A DNA stretch of 63,487 nucleotides, filler included, from Phoronis australis (GCA_002633005.1; 10 parts of 10 records of this genome joined end to end with filler, not necessarily neighbours in it), one strand, 5' to 3'; positions 24,401 through 37,207 are shown, counted from the whole stretch's first letter. The notes: a model not told the origin generated them from the sequence alone. Program-made: numbers and translations.

Positions 24401-27400
24401 GACTTTGCCCTACGCCGAAAAACCGAGAATTTTACGGAGATTCCGCCTCCTGAGTTCAAACGTCTATTGCTGAAAAACTAACCGGTTGAAAATCGATGCC
24501 CCTCCGTTCCTAAGTCCTCTGGCCCTCCCTCAGTAGAGAAAATGAAAAAGAATTGACTTTCAACTTTTAAGTTTGCGTCAATCCTCACAAAGCCCCGCTC
24601 GACTTTGCCCTACCCCGAAAAACCGAGAATTTTACGGAGATTCCGCCTCCTCAGTTGAAACGTCTATTGCCGGAAAACTAACCGTTGAAAATCGATGCNN
24701 CGAAAAACCGAGTATTTTACGGAGATTCCGCCTCCTCAGTTCAAACGTCTGTTGCTGAAAAACTAACCGTTGAAAATCGATTAACCTCCGTTCCTAATTC
24801 CTATGGCCATCCCTCAGTACAGGAAAGAAAAATAATTGACTTTCAACAGTTAAGTTTTCGTCAATCGGCACAGAGCCCTGCACGACTTTGCCCTACCCCG
24901 AAAAAATGAGAATTTTACGGAGATTCCGCCTCCTCAGTTGAAACGTCTATTGCCGGAAAACTAAATTTTGAAAATCGATGCCCCTCCGTTCCTAAGTCCT
25001 CTGGCCCTCCGTCAGTAGAGAAAATGAAAAATAATTGACTTACAACGTTTACGTTTTCGTCAATCGGCACAAAGCCCCGCACGACTTTGCCCTACCCCGA
25101 AAAACCGAGAATTTTACGGAGATTCTGCCTCCTCAGTTGAAACGTCTATTGCCGCAAAACTAACCGTTGAAAATCGATGCTCCTACGTTCCTAGGTCCTC
25201 TGGCCCTCCATCAGTAGAGAAAAAGAAAAAGAACTGACTTTCAACGGTTGAGTTTTCGTCAATTGGCGCAAAACCGCGCACTACCTTGCCCTACCTCGAA
25301 AAACCGAGAATTTTACGGAGATTCCGCCTCCTCAATTCAAACGTCTATTGCCGGAAAACTAACCGCTGAAAATCGATGCCCCTCCGTTCCTAGGTACTGT
25401 GGCCCACCATCAGTAGAGGAAAAGAAAAATAATTGACTTTCAACCGTTGAGTTTTCGTAAATCGGCACAAAGCCCCGCACGACTTTGCCCTATGCCGAAT
25501 AAGTGAGAATTTTACGGAGATTCCGCCTCCTCAGTTGAAACGTCTATTGCCGGAAAACTAATAATTGAAAATCGATGCCCCTTCGTTCCTAGGTACTCTG
25601 GCCCTCCACCAGTAGAGGAAAAGAAAAAGAATTGACTTTCAACCGTTGAGTTTTCGTCAATTGGCGCAAAACCGCACACGACTTTGCCCTACATCGAAAA
25701 ACCGAGAATTTTGCGGAGATTCCGGCTCCTCAGTTCAAACGTCTGTTGCTGAAAAACTAACCGTTGAAAATCGATGTCCTTCCGTTCCTAAGTCCTATGG
25801 CCATCCCTCAGTAGAGGAAAAGCAAAAGAATTGACTTTCAACGGTTAAGTTTTCGTCAATCGGCGCAAAACCACGCACTACTTTGCCCTACCCGAAAAAC
25901 CGAGAATTTTACGGAGATTCCGCCTCCTCAGTTGAAACGTCTATTGCCGAAAAAAATAACCGTTGAAAATCGATGTTCCTCCGTTCCTAAGTCCTCTGGC
26001 CCTCCATCAGTAGAGAAAAGAAAAAGAATTGACTTTCAACCGTTGAGTTTTCGTCAATTGGCGCAAAACCGCGCACTACTTTTCCCCTCCGTTACTAGGT
26101 CCTCTGGCCCGTTTTCGGTAGACGAAAAGAAAAAGAATTGACTTTCAACGGTTGTGTTTTCGTCAAACGGTGCAAAACTGCACACTAATTTGCCCTACCC
26201 TGGAAAACCGAGTATTTTACGGAGATTCCGCCTCCTCAATTCAAACGTCTATTGCCGGAAAACTAACCGTTGAAAATCGATGCCCCTCCGTTCCTAGGTA
26301 CTCTGGGCATCTCTCAGTAAAGCAAAAGGAAAAATTGACTTTCAACGGTTGGGTTTTCGTCAATCGGCGCAAGAACCTGCACCACTTTGCCCTACCTTGA
26401 AAAACCGAGAATTTTACGGAGATTCCGCCTCCTCACTTCAAACGTCTATTGCCGGAAAACTGTTAAAAATCGATTCCCCTCCATTCCTAGGTCCTCTGGC
26501 CCTTCCTCAGTAAAGGAAAAGAAAAAACTTGACTTTCAACGGTTGGGTTTCCGTCAATCGGCGCAAAACACCGCACAACTTCGCTCTACCCCGAAAAACC
26601 GAGAATTTTATTGAGATTCCGCCTCCTCAGTTCAAACGTCAATTGCTTAAAATCTAACCGTTGAAAATCGATGCCCCTGCGTTCCTAGGTCCTCTGGCCC
26701 TCAATCAGTAGAGAAAAAGAAAAAGAATTGACTTTCAACGGTTGAGTTTTCGTCAATTGGTGCAAAACCGAGCACTACTTTGCCCTACCCCGAAAAACCG
26801 AGAATTTTACGGAGATTCCGCCTCCCAATTTTACTTAGATTTCGCCTCCTGAATTCAAACGTCTATTGCCGGAAACCTAACCGTTGAAAATTGATGCCCC
26901 TCCGTTCGTAGGTACTCTGGCCATATTTCAGTAGAGGAAAAGAAAAAAAATGACTTTCAACTGTTGGGTTTTCGTCAATTCGCGCAAAACCCCGCACAAC
27001 ATTGCCCTACCTCGAAAAACCCAGAATTTTACGGAGAATCCGCCTCCTCAGTTGAAACGTCTATTGCCGGAAAACTAACCGTTGAAAATCGATGCTCCTC
27101 CGTTCCTAAGTCCTCTGGCCCTCCATCAGTAGAGAAAAAGAAAAAGAATTGACTTTCAACTGTTGAGTTTTCGTCAATTGGCGCAAAACCGCGCACTACT
27201 TTGCCCTACCCCGAAAAACCGAGAATTTTACGGAGATTCCGCCTCCTCAATTCAAACGTATATTGCCGGAAAACTAACCGTTGAAAATCGATGCCCCTCC
27301 GTTCCTAAATCCTCTGGCCCTCCCTTAGTAGAAGAAGAGAAAAAGAATTGACTTTCAACGGTGGAGTTTTCGTCAATCGGGGCAAAACCCTGCACAACTT

Positions 27401-30400
27401 TGCCCTACCCCGGAACACCGAGTATTTTTCGGAGATTCCGCCTCCTCACTTCAAACGTGTATTGCTGAAAAACTAACCTTTGAAAATCGATGCCCCTCCG
27501 TTCCTAGGTCCTCTGGCCTATTTTTCGGTAGACGAAACGAAAAAGAATTGACTTTCAACGGTTGGGTTTACGTCAAACGGTGCAAAACCGCGCACTACTT
27601 TGCCCTACCCCCGAAAAACCGAGTATTTTACGGAGATTCCGCCTCCTCAATTCAAACGTCTATTGCCGGAAAACTAGCCGTTGAAAATCGATGCCCCTCC
27701 GTTGCTAGGTACTCTGGCCATCTCTCAGTAGAGCAAAAGGAAAAATTGACTTTCAACGGTTGGGTTTTCGTCAATCGGCGCAAGACCCCGCACGACTTTG
27801 CCCTACCTCGAAAAACCGAGAATTTTACGGAGATTCCGCCTCCTCACTTCAAACGTCTATTGCCGGAAAACTGTTAAAAATCGATTCCCCTCCATTCCTA
27901 GATCCTCTGGCCCTTCCTCAGTAAAGGAAAAGAAAAAACTTGACTTTCAACGGTTGGGTTTCCGTCAATCGGCGAAAAACCCCGCACAACTTCGCTATAT
28001 GCCGAAAAACAGAGAATTTTATTGAGATTCCGCCTCCTCACTTCAAACGTCAATTGCTGAAAAACTAACCGTTGAAAATCGATGCCCCTGCGTTCCTAGG
28101 TCCTCTGGTCCTCCCTCAGTAGAGAAAAAGAAAACGAATTGTTTTTCAACGGTTAAATTTTCGTCAATCGGCGCAAAACCGCGCACTACTTTGCCCTACC
28201 CCGAAAAACCGAGAATTTTACGGAAATTCCGCCTCCCCATTTCAAACGTCTATCGCTGAAAAACTAACCGTTGAAAATCGATGCCCCTTCGTTAATAGGT
28301 CCTCTAGCCCTCCCTCAGTAGAGAAAAAGAAAAAAAAATGACTTTTAACGGTTAAGTTTTCGTCAGTCGGCACAAAGCTTCGCACGACTTTGCCCTACCT
28401 CGAAAAACCGAGAATTTTTCGGAGATTCCACCTCCTCACTTCAAACGAGAATTGCTGAAAAACTAACCCTTGAAAATCAATGCCCCTCCGTTCCTAGGTC
28501 CTCTAGCCCTCCCTCAGTAGAGAAAAAGAAAAAAAAATGACTTTCAACGGATAAGTTTTCGTCAGTCGGCACAAAGCTTCGCACGACTTTGCCCTACCTC
28601 GAAAAACCGAGAATTTTACGGAGATTCCACCTCCTCACTTCAAATGTCAATTGCTGAAAAACCAACCCTTGAAAATCAATGCCCCTCCGTTCCTAGGTCT
28701 TCTAGCCCTCCCTCAGTAGAGAAAAAGAACAAAAATGACTGTCAACGGTTAAGTCTTCGTCAATCGGCGCAAAACTACGCACTACTTTGCCCTACCCCGA
28801 AAAACCGAGAATTTTACTAAGATTTCGCCTCCTGAATTCAAACGTCTATTGCCGGAAACCTAACCGTTGAAAATCGATGCCCCTCCGTTCCTAGGTACTC
28901 TGGCCATATCTCAGTAGAGGAAAAGAAAAAAAATGACTTTCAACTGTTGGGTTTTCGTCAATTCGCGCAAAACCCCGCACAACATTGCCCTACCTCGAAA
29001 AACCGAGAATTTTACGGAGATTCCGCCTCCTCAGTTGAAACGTCTATTGCCGGAAAACTAACCCTTGAAAATCAATGCCCCTCCGTTCCTAGGTCCTCTA
29101 GCCCTCCGTCAATAGAGAAAAAGAAAAAGAATTGACTTCCAACGGTTGAGTTTTCGTCAATCGGCGCAAAACCGCGCACTACTTTGCCCTACCCCGAAAA
29201 ACCGAGAATTTTACGGAGATTCCGCCTCCCCACTTCAAATATCTATTGCTGAAAAACTAACCGTTGAAAATCGATGCCCCTCCATTCCTTGGTCCTCTGA
29301 CCATTCTTCAGTAGAGGAAATGAAAAAAATTGACTTTCAACATTTAAGTTTCCGTCAATCGGTGCGAAACCCCGCACAACTTTGCTCTACCCCGAAAAAC
29401 CGAGAATTTTACTCAGATTCCGCCTCCTCACTTCAAACGTCAATTGCTGAAAAACTAACACTTGAAAATCAATGCCCCTCCGTTCCTACGTCCTCTAGCC
29501 CTCCGTCAGAAGAGAAAAAGAAAAAGAATTGACTTTCAACGGTTAAGTTTTCATCAGTCGGCACAAAGCCACGCACGACTTTGCCCTATCCCGAAAAACC
29601 GAGAATTTTACGGAGATTCCGCCTCCTCAGTTGAAACGTCTATTGCCGGAAAACTAACCGTTGAAAATCGATGTTCCTCCGTTCCTAGGTCCTCTGGCCC
29701 TCCATCAGTAGAGGAAAAGAAAAAGACTTGACTTTCAACTGTTGAGTTTTTGTCAATTGGAGCAAAACCGCGCACGACTTTGCCCTACCTCGAAAAACCG
29801 AGAATTTTACGGAGATTCCTTCTCCTCAATTCAAACGCCTATTGCCGGAAAACTAACCGTTGAAAATCGATGCCCCTCCGTTCCTAGGTCCTCTAGCCCT
29901 CCGTCAGTAGAGAAAAAAATTGACTTTCAACGGTTAAGTTTTCGTCAGTCGGCACAAAGCCCCGCACGACTTTGCCCTACCTCGAAAATCCGAGAATTTT
30001 ACGGAGATTCCGCCTCCTCAGTTGAAACGTCTATTGCCGGAAAACTAACCGTTGAAAATCGATGCCCCTCCGTTCCTAGGTCCTCTGGCCCTCCTTCAGT
30101 AGAGGAAAAGAAAAAGAACTGACTTTCAACGGTTGAGTTTTCGTCAATTCGCGTAAAACCCCGCACAACTTTGCCCTACCTCGAAAAACCGAGAATTTTA
30201 CAGAGAATCCGCGTCCTCAGTTCAAACGTCTATTGCTGAAAAACTAACCTTTGAAAATCGATGCCCCTCCGTTCCTAAATCCTCTAGCCCTCCCTCAGTA
30301 GAGGAAAAGAAAAAGAATTGACTTTCAACGGTTGAGTTTTCGTCAATCGGCGCAAAACCCCGCACTACTTTGCCCTACCCCGAAAAACCGAGAATTTTAC

Positions 30401-31437
30401 GGAGATTCCGCCTCCTCACTTCAAACGTGTATTGCTGAAAAACTAACCTTTGAAAATCGATGCCCCTCCGTTCCTAGGTCCTCTGGCCCTTCTTCGGTAC
30501 ACGAAAAGAAAAAGAATTGACTTTCAACGGTTGAGTTTTCGTGCGCACGACTTTGCCCTACCTCGAAAAACCGAGAATTTTACCGAGATTCTGCCTCCTC
30601 AGTTGAAACGTCTATTGCCGTAAAACTAACCGTTGAAAATCGATGCTCCTCCGTTCCTAGGACCACTGGCCCTCCATCAGTAGAGGAAAAGAAAAAAAAA
30701 TGACTTTCAATGGTTAAGATTTCGTCAATTGGCGCAAAACCGCGCACGACTTTGCCCTACCTCGAAAAACCGAGAATTTTACGGAGATTCCGCCTCCTCA
30801 GTTCAAACGTCTATTGGTGAAAAACTAACCGTTGGAAATCGATGCCCCTCCGTTCCTAGGTCCTCTGGCCCTCCATCAGTAGAGGAAAAGGAAGAAAATT
30901 GACTTTCAACGGTTGAGTCTTCGTCAATTGGCGAAAAACCGCGCACTATTTTACCCTACTCCGAAAAACCGAGAATTTTACGGAGATTCCGCCTCCTCAA
31001 CTCAAACGTCTGTTGCCGGAAAACTAACCGTTGGAAATCGATGCCCCTCCGTTCCTAGGTACTCTGGCTCTCCGTCAGTAGAGGAAAAGAAAAAGAATTG
31101 ACTTTCAACGGTTGAGTTTCGTCAATTGGCGCAAAACCGCGCACGACTTTGCCCTACCGCGAAAAACCGAGAATTTCACGGAGATTCCGCCTCCTCAATT
31201 CAAACGTCTATTGAAGGAAAACTAACCGTTGAAAATCGATGCCCCTCCGTTCCTAGGTCCTCTGGCCCTCCATCAGTAGAGGAAAAGAAAAAAATTGACT
31301 TTCAACGGTTGAGTTTTCGTCAATTGGCGCAAAACCGCGCATTACTTTGCCCTACCCCGAAAAACCGAGAATTATACGGAGATTCCGCCTCCTTAGTTCA
31401 AACGTCTATTGCTGAAAAACTAACCGTTGGAAATCGA
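18491..31437 (+). repeat. 199-bp satellite DNA, block 3 (diverged, multi-monomer duplications, about 65 monomers)
   Basis: Same monomer in + orientation with many substitutions and short indels. N joins at 24088 and 24699-24700. Confidence 0.98.
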
Positions 31438-31537
31438 NNNNNNNNNNNNNNNNNNNNNNNNNNNNNNNNNNNNNNNNNNNNTTAATTAATTAANNNNNNN
31501 NNNNNNNNNNNNNNNNNNNNNNNNNNNNNNNNNNNNN

Positions 31538-33712
31538 TTTCTGACTGAAAAGGACCAGTCATGGAAGAGTCAGGTAATGCTGGATGTTACCACTCTGCTC
31601 CTCTCCTCCTGAATGTAGCAGCCTTGTCAAATTCTACCGGCATTTCTGTTTCGAGATAGGACTTTAGCGAAAGTCAGAATGGAAAGGATCTCTGTGATCG
31701 CAAGATCGCTCCACTCAAACAACATACAAAGTACTTTGTAGCCGAAGGTAACAATATCATAAACTTTCTGGATTTGAAAGAAGCATTGCTTTCCAGTGGC
31801 CGTGTGAAGGAAGGTTATGTGTATGCATGTTCAGTCAATGCAAGAAAGTCTTTTCCAAAATACTCAGTTCCTGGTATAAGCACATTCCCAAATTCCCACT
31901 ATTCCACCCAAGGAATTCGCGTGTGGAAATCATTCCATGTAGGTGACGGTAAGTGCTGAAGCAATAGGTTAGGCATTGAAAAAAGGTAAAAGGTCAACAA
32001 GATTTTCAGCTAAGGTTAAGAACTTTCTGACGAACATATTCGATGAAGGAGATAACTCAGGTAAAAACGTTCACCCTCGGAAGTGCCAAAATGGAGAAAA
32101 CATTACGAGAACACCCTGGTAAAGTGTTTACCTGTGATATTAAGTGAATCGCAGATTGGTGGATTTTTTTCAAGGTTGTCTGCAGCAATGTTTATGACGA
32201 TGCAATCTGCTGAAGATGCTGTTATATCGTCAGATTTACTGAATGAATTGGTCTAGTTTAGTCTAGTTTTGTAGCATACCAGTCAAAGATGTGTGATATA
32301 TGAAGTCGAGAGCGTTACTTCTGATTACTTCATGTCTGTCATGAATGAATCATTAATAAAATTATCTCTCGGGAATTATTTTCTGTTGACTGTGAATGTG
32401 TACCTTTTTATGCCAATGATGATCCCACTGACAGAAATATTCAGCGTTAGGGTGCCCGGTGTGTGGGGGGAACACCAGATTTATGGCCACTGGTGGCGAC
32501 AAAAATTTGTAGCAACCAGCAGGGACATTACAATATGAACCCAAAGTTACAATGACTATTGACAAGTTGAAGGATTTTTTGCACTGAACACTAGGGGGCC
32601 TTATCCACCTTGGGTGCCTTCCTTTGCCTGTGGCACGAACAAGGCAGATAGAAAACAAGGCAGGGGTGAGTTCAGTAACACTAGAACCTCTCTAAAATTT
32701 ATCCAAAACCACGTGTTGTCATTCAAAATGCAGGGAAATATCTCGCGAAGTCTTGAATTATAGCAAGGTCCTCGTGTTACTGCTCTTATTTTAGATGCGT
32801 CTTCAGTCTCTACGTAAACAAAAGCAGCGCTATCTATCATTTAGAACCACGCATGCCAGTTGATTTACGTTACATATTTTATGTAATAAGCAATAATCAT
32901 CAATGCCGTTTTCATAGAATGGTAATTAATAATGCTGTCTGATTTTTCTCCAAAATACAAGGTTTTTATGTCGTGTTTCGCAACCTAATTATATGTTCCA
33001 AGAGCTCCCTATTGGCAGCAGAGGCAACTGAGAACATGCAAAAGGACGAAGTGCAGTTCGTGTAATGCTTCGTACGCGAAAACTACATTAGAGGCAAGAT
33101 TTTTTATTTTAGACTATGAACAGGCTAGGAATGACTAAAAAAATTATTATAAAGCCAATTTCAGGAAAGGTGCGTTATGGCTGCTACAGAGTGCCAAATT
33201 TGGCCAAAAATGGCTTCAGTGAAAATCTAAAAAATAGCCGTTTTTGCCTCACAAATTCAAAACGTACAAATTTAAAAATGGATTTTGAAAGTTATGCCAT
33301 TAAATTATTCAGTCATTGCCCTTCCAATTCGTATTATTCATTTGTTTTGTCCTTACCATACATGCTAGTAAAATCCATTCAAACATGCCTACTTCGACGC
33401 TCAATTTTGTTGCAAAATGGAGGTACNAGTTATGCCATTAAATTATTCAGTCATTGCCCTTCCAATTCGTATTATTCATTTGTTTTGTCCTTACCATACA
33501 TGCTAGTAAAATCCATTCAAACATGCCTACTTCGACGCTCAATTTTGTTGCAAAATGGAGGTACAAGTCATAAAAAGAAAAATAATGAATGAAAATTCTT
33601 AAAAAGTGATGTTTTATTACATCTCAACAAACCAAACTCATATGCTAAGTTTCAAAAAAATCGGTGATTTTGGGTATAGACTCTAGCTGTTGGTTTTTAT
33701 ATGGAGTCACTC
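31538..33712 (+). mobile_element. Right part of a Sola3-like DNA transposon (deleted transposase copy 2 plus terminus CTC|TTAA)
   Basis: 31538-31954 is a close copy of 8653-9069. It is followed by C-terminal motifs G*ALKKGKRSTRFSAKVKNFLTNIFDEG and ESQIGGFFSRL, and ends ...gagtcactc then TTAA (33713-33716). This fits the GAG...CTC termini and TTAA target described for Sola3. Confidence 0.65.
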
Positions 33713-33918
33713 TTAATTAATAATTTGTGAACAAAGCGCACACGTTGAGAGTTTTATGAATTTTGAAATTCAGTCAAGATGTTGATGGTGATGACTGACA
33801 AGTTACGACAGAAGGGGCTACAGTAGACGCTACAATGCTGTTGTTATTAACGATGCGAGTGGTTCTTGCACCCTCTTTATCACACGTTATTTTCAAATCC
33901 GTTGCCTTGTCACATCAG

Positions 33919-34064
33919 GTATGGAGACAGTCAAAAAGAGAATCCAAGGTCCAAATCCCACGCTGCACATGGCGTATCGCAAAGCGGTGGCAGTGAAGTT
34001 TATTCACCCAACTATACGTTCCGACGAACTGACTCCGGACGTTTATGAGATCGAATATCGTGAG
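33919..34064 (+). CDS. Candidate exon encoding the N-terminal half of a fibronectin type III-like domain
   Basis: Acceptor ttgccttgtcacatcag, strong donor gag|gtaagt, phase-1 start. Peptide METVKKRIQGPNPTLHMAYRKAVAVKFIHPTIRSDELTPDVYEIEYRE shows the FN3 pattern P-x-P...V-x-F-x-x-P...YEIEYR. Confidence 0.55.
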
Positions 34065-35102
34065 GTAAGTGCATTCTATCTACGGCTAAACCGTTTTAAG
34101 CCACAACTACGGCCAATTAAAGTTTTCGCAGGACAGTGCAGTATACAATTTAAGACAGTTGACCCTAATGGCGACCGACCTATTACGAAACTAGAAGATA
34201 GCTATGTGTTTGAACGCCTGAAATGTTCAAACATAGGCCTAGTCCATTCATCGTATCTGATCGAAGTCCAGGTATTGTTCCAGGGATCCATTTCTTGTAA
34301 TCTTTCTTTGTTAACTAATTTCAGACCAACATGCCTGAGCCCCGTTCCATGAATTTGAGATCACGAAAATTAACACCAAAATCGGTCTAAGCTATGACCG
34401 AAAATTAGCTTGTTGTGAAGTAGGCTTACGATTTCCGTGCGTTTTTATAGATAACCACTGTTTACCACTACCAACAATGAGAACTGTTAAGAAACAACAT
34501 TCCGCCTTTGCGTTTTCACAATATTTTGCAAGGTAATGTCTGTAAAGGCTTTGAAATTAAATATCGTCTGCTATCGCTTCGAAACCCGACAAAGCACGGT
34601 AGATACCTGTGCAGTGCAGTGACTCACATGTATGTACCTGCACATGTGCAGTCTGTGTTGAAGGAACAACTCGCGGAGTGCGCTGTACCTTGGGTATGTC
34701 TCCCAGTGTATGGATCTGTTCTGCTTCCATTCGATTGAGTCACGGCCTTTGTCGCATAGTCTTGTAACACGTCATTTTATTCATGTCTGATGATGAGACA
34801 TGAAAGGTCTACAAATGTTGCTCTCGTTTTAACCATGACCTGTCTTTAGTCTCTTGGCCGTTTAATTTTTGTGTTGCGAACTTCCGCCAAACAAACAGAG
34901 CGCCAGTTATAGTAGAAGCTGTGTTGTAATTTTAACGGATTTAAAACTCAGATGACAATCGACGGCTAAAATCAACCTGGAAGAGTTCGTATCGACACAG
35001 TACAGCACTATAGGCCTACAACGCTTTGTGGGAGAAATTGGGCGAATATTGTTAAAACGTAATAATAGTGAACACTGTTGTTTGTTAAACAACTGTTTAG
35101 CG

Positions 35103-35165
35103 TATGATGTATGTATTTATGTATGTATGTATGTATATATGCATGTGTGTGTATATGTATGTATG

Positions 35166-35196
<31 letters not shown>

Positions 35197-35275
35197 ATAT
35201 GTATGTATGTATATATGTTTGTATGTATATATGTATGTATGTATGTATGTATATATGTATGTATATATGTACTGT
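35103..35275. repeat. (TATG)n/(TA)n compound microsatellite
   Basis: Runs of gtat with tata interruptions up to the spacer. Confidence 0.95.
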
Positions 35276-35577
35276 NNNNNNNNNNNNNNNNNNNNNNNNN
35301 NNNNNNNNNNNNNNNNNNNTTAATTAATTAANNNNNNNNNNNNNNNNNNNNNNNNNNNNNNNNNNNNNNNNNNNNATACTGTGTAGGGTATACTGTGTAG
35401 GGCTCAAACTCAGTAATGTTATTCACCGGCATTTTTTCAAGAAGTTCTGCTGGACAGAACAGACATCTTTCCAATTGCATTAATACTATACAGCAATTCT
35501 AACCAAGAGGCCATTTGCACTACCCCCCAGGACATATAATTATTTCATATATGCAGTAGGTAGCAGTAACATCACTG

Positions 35578-35670
35578 ATCTAGTTACTCATTATAAATAT
35601 TTAGCTACTCATTATAAATATCTAGCTATTCATTAAAAATATCTAGCTATTCATTAAAAATATCTAGCTA
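35578..35670. repeat. 21-bp tandem repeat (~4.5 copies)
   Basis: Unit atctagctactcattataaat with variants. Confidence 0.85.
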
Positions 35671-35731
35671 TAAATATAGCTACTTCTTAAAAAATCTAAC
35701 TATTGATTATAAATACATTTGACATAAATAC

Positions 35732-35834
35732 CTGTGATCTCCTCGTCCATAAACAGCTGGTCATTCTCTTCATTCTTGGCCACTTTGAACACCAACTTAC
35801 TCACGTTGATCAAGTTGTTACCACTCACTTTCAA
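35732..35834 (-). CDS. ARMC2: Armadillo repeat-containing protein 2, exon (7th of 7 visible)
   Basis: cttcag|...G|gtattt, 103 nt, phase 0-1. LKVSGNNLINVSKLVFKVAKNEENDQLFMDEEIT matches the recalled vertebrate ARMC2 segment LKVSRKNLLNVCKLIFKISRNEKND. Confidence 0.92.
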
Positions 35835-36257
35835 CTGAAGGAAATGAACGTTTGTAAATTCATGGTATGAGTCAAAAGTGTATGAGAAATACAATGTTCA
35901 CATCGCAAAAACAATGTGAGAATGAGAGATCATCACAAGATGCAATTTACCCGGTACGATTTAATGATTATGCAAGAAAATTTTTAAAGAGATTTTGCAG
36001 CCATATTTTCAACAATAAACGGAGTATCAAAAGCGTGTCTTTGGAAACCAGTTCTTAATCAATTAACGTCACGAAATAGGTGATAGTTACAAAGTTGTCA
36101 AGCCACTCCGTTGTGAAACTTAATAAATACGTTTGCGAAGCTTTTGAAACCATGAACTTCATCAAAAGTAAAGTGAATGGGTGCTTTTTCTTCGCCAGAG
36201 AACCCAAGTGTCAAAGTGAGTCATCTTTAGACCAGAATCGTTGGCAAACATTCCCCA

Positions 36258-36450
36258 ATATCAGCATGACCAGCCTCGGTATGGTCATGATTACTGCACA
36301 GAGTGACACCCCATTCTATACAAGTCACAGACAGTATTAGCCTGACCAGCCTCAGTATAAGTCTCAGGTCATAATTACTGCACAGTGTGGCACACCATTC
36401 TACACAACTTACAGACAGTATCAGCTTGGCAAGCCTCAGTATCAGCCTCG
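36258..36450 (-). repeat. 84-bp tandem duplication spanning an ARMC2 exon/intron boundary (2 copies plus partial)
   Basis: acagacagta at 36327 and 36411 (period 84). Translates as RLILRLAKLILS-VSCVEW... / RLILRLVRLILS-VTCIEW... Confidence 0.85.
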
Positions 36451-36588
36451 GCTCATCCACATCCAATAACTTGAACACCGTTTTCAATATAGCCGACCTC
36501 CTCTTGCACGCTTTCCCAAGTAATTTCTCCTTCTCAAGGATCAGATACAACTTACGACTCAGCTCCAGGAGTCGCGCTGTGTCCTTTT
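36413..36588 (-). CDS. ARMC2: ARMC2 exon (6th visible)
   Basis: tttgtag|...TCT|gtaagt, 176 nt, phase 1-0. EKDTARLLELSRKLYLILEKEKLLGKACKRRSAILKTVFKLLDVDEPRLILRLAKLILS matches ARMC2 RSILLKTLCKLVDV...LKLAKIILA. Confidence 0.92.
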
Positions 36589-37207
36589 CTACAAACAAAA
36601 TCACAGCGATGGTCTAAATGTCAGATTCAAAGAATTATGCCTGCAAAACATACAAGAGCAATGCGGATTGCTGAAATGCGCCCATGACTACAATGCAAAT
36701 AGTGTGCTTCAGGTGGCGTCCTTTTAGTGCTATGAAAATGGCCATTAGATCGCGCAGAATACGTCGAATCCATCTCAAATTGGAAAGATGCCGCCAACTT
36801 CATAAAAGAAACTTGTTTACCAAATTTCATGAAAAAAAACATCAAGGAACTCTGAAGATATAGAGGCAAAGGTCAAAACTGAAATTGCCACTAGAGAGCA
36901 CAGTGGTAGTCAGAGCTATTCTCGTGTAAATATGTATCTTATGAAACTCAAATTAAAGTCTTAAATTGGCTTTTGCTAATATGCAAACACCAACATATCA
37001 ATCAAACTGCAAAGATACAATACCCAATAATTGTTGAAACCTCAATTCAATGTAACAAACATTAGGGCTATGTATGGGGTCCTCTTACTGATTCCTGTTA
37101 ACCAGGTTTGGATGAGAGAACACTTAAACATAGTCAAATGTGAATTTTGAAGGTAATTCCCATTCTCACCATGCCAAAATCGTTTCCGAACTGGTTAGTT
37201 ACCGTAC

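Noticed and set aside
9655-31437. Dozens of ~62-aa ORFs (MSFRQLAQNRARLCPT...) as a tandem gene family
   Set aside because: They start at TTG, not ATG. They follow the 199-bp satellite period, which is not a multiple of 3, and are freely broken by stops and indels in diverged copies.
9324-31437. CRISPR array, or rDNA/5S/tRNA tandem cluster
   Set aside because: Monomers are head-to-tail with no unique spacers and no cas genes. There is no recognisable rRNA sequence or tRNA cloverleaf.
33116-33592. 158-aa ORF with an internal tandem duplication
   Set aside because: The ~138-bp exact duplicate is joined by a single N at 33427, typical of an unmerged contig overlap. The region is transposon terminal DNA.
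35028-35331. MYVC-repeat proteins
   Set aside because: These are translations of a (TATG)n microsatellite running into Ns.
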